Shown here one piece after another: positions 25,193 to 33,008 of a stretch of DNA of 41,628 nucleotides (within the stretch, counting starts at the first letter, position 1; the number at the start of each line of letters is the position of its first letter). The DNA lies in contig JAHIVL010000073.1 of assembly GCA_018816485.1 (NCBI GenBank), forward strand, positions 1 through 41,628, in the 5' to 3' direction. This DNA is from Patescibacteria group bacterium (GTDB lineage Bacteria; Patescibacteriota; Microgenomatia; UBA1400; PJMF01). The notes beneath the pieces were generated by a model. The model saw nothing but the letters and a program-made list of their open reading frames with translations, ran no database searches and was not told the origin of the DNA. A program made the position numbers and the translations under genes.

Positions 25193-26761
25193 CTAACCCC
25201 CCAACTCACCTTTTTCCAGCTGAGTAGAAATCCAGAAACTCCATAGTCCTGAAATTATGAAGAATAAACCGCCAAATATTAACGCCATTGTTGTTCCTAC
25301 AGATCCTGAAACTGGTACGCCTTCGTCTGTGGCTGGTTGCGATGTTCTTGCTTCATCAGTAGCTTCTGCCGAGTTACTTGCTTCTGCTGAGTCAGTGGCG
25401 TCATCAATAGGGTAGGGATTTCCAGATCCATATGGAGCTGAATCTGCTTCATCATCAATATAATCTCCAGCATCAGCTAGTTGTTGGGATGTATCACTAA
25501 CGGTAAAATTAACAGTTTTTTCTACGATCTCTCCAGTATCTGGGTCTGTATATGAATAAGTTACGCTATGTTCGCCTGGTTCCAATGATTCCGAAAGTTC
25601 AGAAATATCTAAAACAAATTCCCCATTCTCATCAGCAATTATTTCTTGCTGAATTTGAGTGTCGGAATGAACCGAGATAGAAACCGCTATACCTGGAAGT
25701 GCTTTTCCAGTAATTATTGGTGTTGAGGTAGTGACTGTTTGATGATCTGTTAATTCAAGATCAAGTTTTGTAATAATAGCGCTCTCACTTGAACTTACAT
25801 CTTCATTTATCAAGTCATCAAGTAAAGCACTTCTATTAGATCTATCAGTTATTTTAGCTGAATCAGTAGCAATTTCTTTTTGAATAGTATCTATTGGCAT
25901 GATATCCATTTCTTTATCTATGACATCCTCAACAGTATTGATAGGAGCACTCACGAATTCTCTGATTGAATCTGTTTCTTTAGCTGAAATATTAGTATCG
26001 ATAGTTTTCTGTCCAAAGGTCATTCCAGTCACTGGTTGGGAATGTTCGACAGTTGTTGAAAAGAAAGTTTTTTGTGTGGAAAGAGGGCCTTGAACATTAA
26101 TAGTTATGTTATCTTGATCAGAAATCGATGCATATGCATTGCCATCAATAGTTCTCGCATTTGAAAGAGGAATAGCCCAGCTGCCAGACGCTTTTACTTG
26201 AGAAGACATAGTTCCAGCTCTATTAATATCGACATAAACGACAGATCCCTCAGCAGGAGCTCCGGTTTCGGTGGTGACACTTCCATAAATTGTTTTTGCA
26301 GCAGCAGGAGCTCCGTTTCTACTTGCGGTTTTTATTCTAAATGGTTGTCCATTATCGTCAAATGTATCTCCGGAGCCAGTTCCAATAAGGTAATAATACG
26401 TAGTAGCTTGTTCTAACCCTCTAATTGTGATGTGATGAATCTGAAACTCACCAACAGTACCGCTGATTTGATCTCTATCATTGCTTGCTTGAGATTTTAA
26501 ACTATTAGACTCAGCGCCATATTTTACAAATCCCGCAGTATTGTTGTCTGTTAAAAATGAAATAGTAAAACTAGTGTCATGAACATTCGACACTTTAACA
26601 TTTTTTGGAGTGGTTTCTACAGAAGCGCGTGGAGAGAAAACACCACCACCCTTTCCAATAAGCAAAGTTCCTGATATTAAAGCTATGACTAAAACAACAG
26701 TTCCCAGTATAGTGGGGATTCTTTTGTCAAGTATTTTCTTTGGTATCTTTAAATTATTCAT
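25193..26761 (-). CDS. Large surface protein: N-terminal signal anchor, FN3 (purple-acid-phosphatase N-like) domain, beta-sandwich/Ig-like domains, acidic linker, C-terminal hydrophobic anchor
   Basis: 'PKNVKVSNVHDTSFTISFLTDNNTAGFVKYG...HHITIRGLEQATTYYY' is FN3-like. 'YGSVTTETGAPAEGSVVYV' is CarboxypepD_reg-like. 'ITGKALPGIAVSISVHSDT...ADENGEFVL' is Ig-like. The tail is 'DDATDSAEASNSAEATDEARTSQPATDEGVPVSGSVGTTMALIFGGLFFIISGLWSFWI'. Confidence 0.55.
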   Translation of the reverse strand: MNNLKIPKKILDKRIPTILGTVVLVIALISGTLLIGKGGGVFSPRASVETTPKNVKVSNVHDTSFTISFLTDNNTAGFVKYGAESNSLKSQASNDRDQISGTVGEFQIHHITIRGLEQATTYYYLIGTGSGDTFDDNGQPFRIKTASRNGAPAAAKTIYGSVTTETGAPAEGSVVYVDINRAGTMSSQVKASGSWAIPLSNARTIDGNAYASISDQDNITINVQGPLSTQKTFFSTTVEHSQPVTGMTFGQKTIDTNISAKETDSIREFVSAPINTVEDVIDKEMDIMPIDTIQKEIATDSAKITDRSNRSALLDDLINEDVSSSESAIITKLDLELTDHQTVTTSTPIITGKALPGIAVSISVHSDTQIQQEIIADENGEFVLDISELSESLEPGEHSVTYSYTDPDTGEIVEKTVNFTVSDTSQQLADAGDYIDDEADSAPYGSGNPYPIDDATDSAEASNSAEATDEARTSQPATDEGVPVSGSVGTTMALIFGGLFFIISGLWSFWISTQLEKGELGG

Positions 26762-26918
26762 ATCTATTTGGCAAAATAAAAAGTATGCCTAGTTTTTCCA
26801 CATAAAAACTGTTCGTTTTTTTTCACGACAACTCTTCTATCTACTTTAGATAAGTATAGTCAAGAAAGCAACGCGAACAAAGACCGAAAATAATGTAATG
26901 AATGAGTACAAAAGATAT

Positions 26919-27374
26919 CTAGTTGTTGATGGGAGGTGTTTCTTCCTGAGTAGATTCAGAAATATCACTACTTTTTGAACTTTCAATTTCAGTTTTTAGT
27001 AATGATTCAGAGTCCTTTTTTTTAACTGGTGCCATTACTTGTTTTGGATCTAAATCGTCGATTGTGACCTCCAAAGGAACAACTTTTTCAGTTTTTCCAT
27101 CTCTGGATGTTAATATTTTATAAATAATAAATGAAGATAGTTCCTGTTCTGAATAAGAGTGTTTTTCTTGGATTTTTAGCAATTCATCCCTGTCAAAACT
27201 CGGCGTCAATGGCATTGCTAATGCAGTTAATTCCTTGGAAATTTCATCATTAGTTTGTGAGCTTATCAAACTAATTACAATCCAAAATAAAACTGAAACG
27301 AATAGCAAGATTAAAATAGTAAGGAACTGTCTATTGGTTTTTAATTTCTGAAAATCTTTTTTAATTTGGTTCAT
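26919..27374 (-). CDS. Hypothetical single-TM protein downstream of the pilO-like gene
   Basis: TM 'FLTILILLFVSVLFWIVISLI' and a Ser/Glu-rich tail. It starts 13 nt after the pilO-like stop. No family recognised. Confidence 0.4.
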   Translation of the reverse strand: MNQIKKDFQKLKTNRQFLTILILLFVSVLFWIVISLISSQTNDEISKELTALAMPLTPSFDRDELLKIQEKHSYSEQELSSFIIYKILTSRDGKTEKVVPLEVTIDDLDPKQVMAPVKKKDSESLLKTEIESSKSSDISESTQEETPPINN

Positions 27375-27387
27375 ATTGTTTTACTTT

Positions 27388-28020
27388 TTATTTAGATTTA
27401 GAAAGTACTTTTGTTTCAACTCCAAAATAGGGAACATTTATAGAAATATTAGCATTTAGTTTTTTTGATCCTCTATTTTCTTCAAGTGCAAATGTCACAG
27501 AATCAATAACAAAACTTTTTCTAGAATTTCTAAGAGCTTCAGTAAAATTCCTAATAGAGACGTAGTCACCCGATATGTTAATAGAAAAATTTAATTTTTG
27601 CTTTGCTTTTTGTGAAAAGAGAATATCTACAGAGTCATTTTGGGGTAGTTCAACAATACTCAAGCTTCTTATTATGACTTTGTTGTCGGCTGCTACTTTT
27701 TCAACGATCTTTGCACTTTTAATAATTTCAGGAGTTGAAGGTATTGCTTCGTCAAGAACGGGCAGTAAGCTCTCCACTGAGAGATATTCAGTCTGAGCAG
27801 TTTGGAGTGCGGCAATTTTTTGAGTAAGTTGTTTTTCTAATTTTTCTTTATTCTCAATTTCTTTTATAAGACTAGACATAGTTAATATTGTTGGTTTAAT
27901 GGCAAATACTGCTAGGAATAAAACTAGCCCAATAGTTAAAAAGAGCTCTAGTGATACTTTGGCCACTGGATTTTTATAAAAATGGTTAAGGGTGCTGGTG
28001 ATTTCACTTTTTTTTCGCAT
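27388..28020 (-). CDS. pilO: PilO-like type IV pilus assembly protein
   Basis: Short cytoplasmic N-terminus, one TM ('LFLTIGLVLFLAVFAI'), a coiled coil ('IENKEKLEKQLTQKIAALQTAQTEY') and an alpha/beta C-terminal domain. Its start is 1 nt from the pilN-like stop. Confidence 0.5.
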   Translation of the reverse strand: MRKKSEITSTLNHFYKNPVAKVSLELFLTIGLVLFLAVFAIKPTILTMSSLIKEIENKEKLEKQLTQKIAALQTAQTEYLSVESLLPVLDEAIPSTPEIIKSAKIVEKVAADNKVIIRSLSIVELPQNDSVDILFSQKAKQKLNFSINISGDYVSIRNFTEALRNSRKSFVIDSVTFALEENRGSKKLNANISINVPYFGVETKVLSKSK

Positions 28021-28021
28021 T

Positions 28022-28633
28022 TTATAATCCTTGAGTTCTATCTAGAAGGTCTACTGTTTCTTCCTTAGTAGGTTGTTGTTTAATCTTTACTTCTGGTCTA
28101 GTATCAACATTGATATTGAAAAATAATCCTGGCTCTACACTACTAGATTCAACCTCGTTTACATTAATATTTGAAAAATCTGGTGATATTTGTAAATTAT
28201 TGATAAGCAAATTAAATGAATTTTGAGAAAGAGTTTTTCCTGAAATGATGACAGAAGTAGGTCTGATAGCAAGTTCTTCCAATACGATTCCTTCTGGCAT
28301 AATATTACTCATACTTGCAAATGTATCAACAATATTTGTTTCTTGCTCAGTTTGCTTATATTGAAGGATTTTTTCTTGAATAGTTCTAAAGTTTTCCTCG
28401 GTGTCACCATAAGAAAGAACTATTTGTTTTTTTTGATTTATCGATGAGTTAAGGTCGGTAACTTTTCTGTCTAGACTAAATCTAGTGATAAAACTCATGA
28501 TAACTACAAGTTCAGTAAAAATAACAATGTATCTACCAGCAGATAAGGACCACCTTAATATTTTTCCTATGACTGTGGAAAAAAAGGGATCTTTTGGAAC
28601 TAAATTAATCTCTATCTGAGTAGCTTTTTTCAT
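28022..28633 (-). CDS. pilN: PilN-like type IV pilus assembly protein
   Basis: N-terminal 'IEINLVPKD' (the INLLP-type PilM-binding motif), one TM ('YIVIFTELVVIMSFI') and a coiled coil followed by a C-terminal domain. Confidence 0.6.
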   Translation of the reverse strand: MKKATQIEINLVPKDPFFSTVIGKILRWSLSAGRYIVIFTELVVIMSFITRFSLDRKVTDLNSSINQKKQIVLSYGDTEENFRTIQEKILQYKQTEQETNIVDTFASMSNIMPEGIVLEELAIRPTSVIISGKTLSQNSFNLLINNLQISPDFSNINVNEVESSSVEPGLFFNINVDTRPEVKIKQQPTKEETVDLLDRTQGL

Positions 28634-28642
28634 TACAAATTT

Positions 28643-28672
28643 ATTGTACTAGAAAATTGAGGACTATAGCAA
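28643..28672 (-). promoter_or_regulatory. Candidate promoter for pilN, possibly giving a leaderless or near-leaderless transcript
   Basis: On the minus strand: TTGCTA (28672-28667), an 18-nt spacer, TACAAT (28648-28643), then 9 nt to the ATG. No Shine-Dalgarno sequence is visible. Confidence 0.25.
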
Positions 28673-28723
28673 GTTAGATTTGATTGTTTTGGTTTACAAA
28701 AATACCCAGGTGACTTAAAGTTA

Positions 28724-28818
28724 AAGCAGATAAATGTGCTTAAGGTGAGTATCCAGCGATATTCATTTGAAATTATAAATAAAGAGCGTCAACTCATCTT
28801 ATGAATATTTATCTGCTT
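28724..28818. repeat. 12-bp perfect inverted repeat with a 71-nt spacer in the murJ/pilN intergenic region
   Basis: AAGCAGATAAAT (28724-28735) and ATTTATCTGCTT (28807-28818) are exact reverse complements. An adjacent ATTCAT/ATGAAT pair can extend the structure. Confidence 0.6.
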
Positions 28819-28834
28819 ATATTATCTAAGCTAC

Positions 28835-30535
28835 CTACACTAGATCATCATCCACCGACGTTTCTATCAAGAATTCTTGAGTTTGGTTGACATCTGATTT
28901 CCATTTTTGACCAAAAGTTCTGATTGCTTTATTAACAAGTTCTAGCTCTTTTATTTCGAATATTGCTGCAAAATATATATAAACTAGTATGCCGATGGTG
29001 CCAGTTGTAAGTGTTAATGCGATTAGTTCAATCGTTTTTGTAGTATTGAAAATTAGTTCATCAAATATTCTGAATGGCAGATATAAAAATATCGCCATGA
29101 AAAAGCTTGCTAATAATATTTTTATTTGCGGTATGAGTAAAGATTTGTCGATGAAGTTTGGTATAAATTTGTTAAAAATAATGATGTATAAAAATAGCTC
29201 TACCAAAAAGCTCGCACAACTAATAACTGCTAAGCCTAGAATACCAAAATTTGTGTAGTTAACCACTAAAAAAGAGCCGATGAGGTAAGAGCTAGTAAAT
29301 AAAACAGAAATGATAAGTGGGGTTTTTGTATCTTTCAATGCATGAAAACCTCTGATTAAAAGTTGTACCATGGCCTGGGCAGTTATAGATATGGCTAGTA
29401 TTGCCAAAATTTTTCCAGTTGTAATTGTTGAATGCCAGCTAAAGTTATCGGTTCCAAAAGCCAAACGAACTATTGGAACTCTTAAAATAAGTAAAAGCAC
29501 TGAAGTCGGCATCGCTAAGAAAGAAATTTGGTTTAATGATTGAAGAATAAGATCTCTGAACTTTGCAAGATTTTCTTTTCCAGATTGTTGAGATAAAAAA
29601 GGTAATGCTGCTTGGCTTAGTGGTACTCCAAACAGCCTAACTGGAAATACTGATAGGTAGGTTGCGTAAGAAATGTATAGGAAGCTAAGCTGGCCAATAG
29701 ATGTTGCAAAATAACCTAAAGCTAGGGTTTGAATGTGACTTACTCCAATTGTTAAAAATCTTGCTGGAGAAAGTAAAAATAATTTTTTGACTCCGGGGTA
29801 ATTTATATTAAGTGACAAAGTTGGTTTATAACCAAGCTTAAGAGCTAAAGGAATTTGGACAATCATGTGCATTAATGCCCCACACACTACTCCGATTCCT
29901 GCAGAATAAATACCAAAGGTTTTATGAAATATTGCAACTCCAGCGATGATTCCAAAATTATAAATAATTGGAGCAATACTTGGGACAATAAATCTTTTGT
30001 ATGATTGTAAAATTCCCGTCATAACATTTGAAACTGTAAAAAATATTTGAGCTAAAAGCATGGTTTTGGTAAGATTGATTACGATTGAAAGTTGTTCGGA
30101 AGATAGCTTGTCTCCAACTCTAGCCAATGTTAGTGGCTCGGCATAAAAGTAAATAACAATACTTGCGATGGCGAAGACCAACATGAGTATATTCAATACA
30201 ATAGAACTCATTTTAAAAGCCGTTTCTTCATTATTATTTTTTTTCACTGAGAGAAAAATTGGAATGAAAGAAGCAGATAGGGCACCAAATACTAGGAGCT
30301 GAAATAACATGTCTGGGATTTGAAATGCTAGCGTCCATGCAGTGACAATTTCCTCACTAAAGTAGGTGAGTATAACTCTGGTTCTTACGAAACCTGATAA
30401 AATTGAAAGTATATTAGCCAAAGCAATAACAGCAGCAGCAGAGTTAATACTTGTTTGTTGTTTTTCAAGCCATTTTGTATTATTGGAAAAAAGCTGAGTA
30501 ATTGTATTTTTTGTAAATGAAAACATTTGTATCAA
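28835..30535 (-). CDS. murJ: Lipid II flippase MurJ (MviN, MOP superfamily)
   Basis: 'SGFVRTRVILTYF', 'AWTLAFQIPDMLFQLLVFGALSASFIPIFL', about 14 TM segments and a length typical of MurJ. Confidence 0.85.
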   Translation of the reverse strand: MIQMFSFTKNTITQLFSNNTKWLEKQQTSINSAAAVIALANILSILSGFVRTRVILTYFSEEIVTAWTLAFQIPDMLFQLLVFGALSASFIPIFLSVKKNNNEETAFKMSSIVLNILMLVFAIASIVIYFYAEPLTLARVGDKLSSEQLSIVINLTKTMLLAQIFFTVSNVMTGILQSYKRFIVPSIAPIIYNFGIIAGVAIFHKTFGIYSAGIGVVCGALMHMIVQIPLALKLGYKPTLSLNINYPGVKKLFLLSPARFLTIGVSHIQTLALGYFATSIGQLSFLYISYATYLSVFPVRLFGVPLSQAALPFLSQQSGKENLAKFRDLILQSLNQISFLAMPTSVLLLILRVPIVRLAFGTDNFSWHSTITTGKILAILAISITAQAMVQLLIRGFHALKDTKTPLIISVLFTSSYLIGSFLVVNYTNFGILGLAVISCASFLVELFLYIIIFNKFIPNFIDKSLLIPQIKILLASFFMAIFLYLPFRIFDELIFNTTKTIELIALTLTTGTIGILVYIYFAAIFEIKELELVNKAIRTFGQKWKSDVNQTQEFLIETSVDDDLV

Positions 30536-30549
30536 TTATAGAACATTTC

Positions 30550-30558
30550 TGGTATAAT
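30550..30558 (+). promoter_or_regulatory. Extended -10 element (TGgTATAAT) upstream of rpsT
   Basis: TGGTATAAT at 30550-30558, about 67 nt upstream of the rpsT ATG, in the murJ/rpsT divergent spacer. No good -35 element. Confidence 0.35.
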
Positions 30559-30625
30559 TCCTGCCTAGCTTAAATTTAAAAATTAGGAATTTAATTAGTT
30601 ATATAATTAGTATTAAACAATATAT

Positions 30626-31018
30626 ATGCCAATATTACAAAACGCAAAAAAAGCACTTAGATCCAGTAGAAAAAAAGCAGTTTTTAATTCAAGAGTAAAA
30701 TCAATATTAAAAACTATGATTGATAAGATAAAAAAAGATCCATCTAAAGGTAATCTTTCTATTGTTTTTTCTAGTATCGACAAGGCTGTTAAAAGAAATT
30801 TAATGCATAAAAATAAAGCTGGACGAATGAAATCTCAACTAAGTAAGTTGGTTAAAACTTCTAGTTCTTCAAGTGCTTCAAAAGCAAAAAAGTTAGTCGT
30901 AACAAAGAAACCCGTAGTCAAAAAAGTAGCAAAATCTGTTAAGAAAACTGTTAAGAAAATTGTTAAGAAACCTGTAGTAAAAAAGACTGTAGTAAAAAAG
31001 ACCGTAGTTAAAAAATAA
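30626..31018 (+). CDS. rpsT: 30S ribosomal protein S20 with a roughly 45-aa Lys-rich C-terminal extension
   Basis: 'MPILQNAKKALRSSRKKAVFNSRVKS..' is the S20 N-terminus. The tail is 'KKLVVTKKPVVKKVAKSVKKTVKKIVKKPVVKKTVVKKTVVKK'. Confidence 0.9.
   Translation: MPILQNAKKALRSSRKKAVFNSRVKSILKTMIDKIKKDPSKGNLSIVFSSIDKAVKRNLMHKNKAGRMKSQLSKLVKTSSSSSASKAKKLVVTKKPVVKKVAKSVKKTVKKIVKKPVVKKTVVKKTVVKK
30914..31015 (+). repeat. In-frame short tandem repeats encoding the (V/T)KK-rich S20 tail
   Basis: Three 12-mers: gttaagaaaact, gttaagaaaatt, gttaagaaacct (30938-30973). Then 15-mers gtagtaaaaaagact and gtagtaaaaaagacc, plus the partial gtagttaaaaaa (30974-31015). A related copy gtagtcaaaaaagta lies at 30914-30928. 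Confidence 0.8.
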
Positions 31019-31035
31019 TACCCCGAAGGGCACAG

Positions 31036-32853
31036 GTGAAAATGGGAAACCCAGCGTACTCGCGCTCTTCTATTCGAAATTTTTCAATAATTGCACATAT
31101 CGATCACGGCAAGACAACTTTGACCGATAGATTCTTACGTTTTACCAACACGGTTGATAAGCTTAATTTTCAAGACAGAATGATGGATAGTAATCCTATC
31201 GAGAGAGAAAGAGGAATTACTATCAAATTGGCTCCAGTTAGAATAGAGTATGTTAGTGGGAATCATGAAGGCAAAAAATATATTTTCAATTTAATTGATA
31301 CCCCAGGTCATGTTGACTTTGGATATGAAGTTAGTCGTTCTTTAGCTGCTTGCGAAGGAGTGATTTTAGTTGTTGATGCTTCGCAGGGAATTCAGGCACA
31401 AACATTATCAAATTTTGAGCAAGCAATTGCTTTGGGCTTAGTGGTTATTCCTGTTTTGAATAAAGTTGATTTGCCATCCGCAGAAATAGAAAGAGTCGCT
31501 TTGGAGGTGATGGAACTATGTAATTGCTCAGAAGATGAATTGATTATGGTTTCAGCAAAAACTGGAGAAAATATTCAATCAGTTCTTGAAGCAGTTATTG
31601 ATCGGATTCCAGCCCCCGGTGGAGATGATAAAAAGGACGCAAGATCCTTATTAATAACTTCATATTTTGATCCTCATAGAGGGGCAGTAGCTTTGATTAG
31701 AGTTATTGATGGAGTAGTAAAAAAAGAAAAAATGGGTTTTACACAGTCAAAATCATCTTTTTCACCAATAGAGTTGGGTGTTTTTGTTCCAGGTATGCAA
31801 CCTAAAGATGAGTTAAGGGCAGGTGAAGTAGGTTATGTAGCAACAGGATTAAAAGACATTAAATCTTTAAAAATTGGTGACACTATGACCACTTTCAGTA
31901 AAAGAGATAAAGTTGTGCCCTTACCAGGATATAAAGAGCCGATGCCAATGGTTTATATGGAAATTTATCCTACTGATTCAGCGGAATTTACTTTTTTGCA
32001 AGATGCAATGGACAAATTATCTCTTAGAGATGCTGCACTTAGATTTTCTGGTACTCATTCTCAGGCTTTGGGAAGCGGTTTGAGAGTGGGGTTTTTGGGA
32101 ATTTTACATGCAGAAATTGTTGTTGAAAGATTAACTCGTGAATTTAATTTGGAGCTAATTGCTACAGTTCCATCAGTTACTTATCAAGTAACTACTTCAA
32201 ATGGAGAAGAATTATTGGTAAGAACGCCAGCTGATATGCCAGACCCATCTTTGATCAGAGAAATTCGTGAGCCAATTACTAGAACAAATATATTGTCCCC
32301 AATTCATCAAATGAGTGAAATCATTAATTTAGTGAGAGATAGAAGAGGTAGCTTTGTAAAGAGCATCCACGTGGGAAGTAGAGTTAATATTGAGTGTATT
32401 GTGCCACTTGCTGAAATAATTACCGATTTTCATGACACTCTAAAATCACTTACTTCAGGATATGCATCAATGGAATATAAATTAATCAAGTTCGAGCCGG
32501 TGGATGCTGTCAAAATATCAATTTTACTTAATGGCGAGGAAGTGGAGGCATTAAGTTTTATGACTGTGAGGGAGACTGCTCCGCAACAAGGAAAAAGAGT
32601 CGTCAAGAAATTAAAAGAAGTATTACCAAGACAAATGTTTGAACTTCCAATTCAAGCTGTGATTGGAGGAACTGTTGTTGCCCGCGAAACTGTTAAAGCA
32701 TTTAGAAAAGACGTTACAGCTAAACTTTATGGAGGTGATGTTACTAGAAGAAAAAAGCTTTTATCTAAACAAGCCAAAGGCAAAAAACGCATGAAACAGT
32801 TTGGTAAGGTTGAGTTAAATCAAGATACTTTTATGGCAGTTTTAAAGAGGTAG
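31036..32853 (+). CDS. lepA: Translation elongation factor 4 (LepA)
   Basis: 'IRNFSIIAHIDHGKTTLTDR', 'LIDTPGHVDF', 'NKVDLPSA' and the LepA-specific C-terminus 'KLYGGDVTRRKKLLSKQAKGKKRMKQFGKVELNQDTFMAVLK'. Start is GTG at 31036 or ATG at 31042. Confidence 0.95.
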   Translation: MKMGNPAYSRSSIRNFSIIAHIDHGKTTLTDRFLRFTNTVDKLNFQDRMMDSNPIERERGITIKLAPVRIEYVSGNHEGKKYIFNLIDTPGHVDFGYEVSRSLAACEGVILVVDASQGIQAQTLSNFEQAIALGLVVIPVLNKVDLPSAEIERVALEVMELCNCSEDELIMVSAKTGENIQSVLEAVIDRIPAPGGDDKKDARSLLITSYFDPHRGAVALIRVIDGVVKKEKMGFTQSKSSFSPIELGVFVPGMQPKDELRAGEVGYVATGLKDIKSLKIGDTMTTFSKRDKVVPLPGYKEPMPMVYMEIYPTDSAEFTFLQDAMDKLSLRDAALRFSGTHSQALGSGLRVGFLGILHAEIVVERLTREFNLELIATVPSVTYQVTTSNGEELLVRTPADMPDPSLIREIREPITRTNILSPIHQMSEIINLVRDRRGSFVKSIHVGSRVNIECIVPLAEIITDFHDTLKSLTSGYASMEYKLIKFEPVDAVKISILLNGEEVEALSFMTVRETAPQQGKRVVKKLKEVLPRQMFELPIQAVIGGTVVARETVKAFRKDVTAKLYGGDVTRRKKLLSKQAKGKKRMKQFGKVELNQDTFMAVLKR

Positions 32854-32950
32854 AGAGTGTTAAAAAGTTCCACCCTCCCATGAAAACCTAGAACCTCCAC
32901 ATGTTTGCATCCCATAATTATATCATATTAGAAGTGATGAATCACTGTTT

Positions 32951-32976
32951 AATCGAGTACGTCTTTTCGATTTTTT
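32951..32976 (+). terminator. Weak candidate intrinsic terminator after lepA
   Basis: AATCGA (32951-32956) pairs with TCGATT (32967-32972) across a 10-nt loop and runs into TTTTTT (32971-32976). The stem is short and AT-rich. Confidence 0.2.
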
Positions 32977-33008
32977 CTAGATTGTAGATTTTTATTTTTT
33001 GCAGTACA

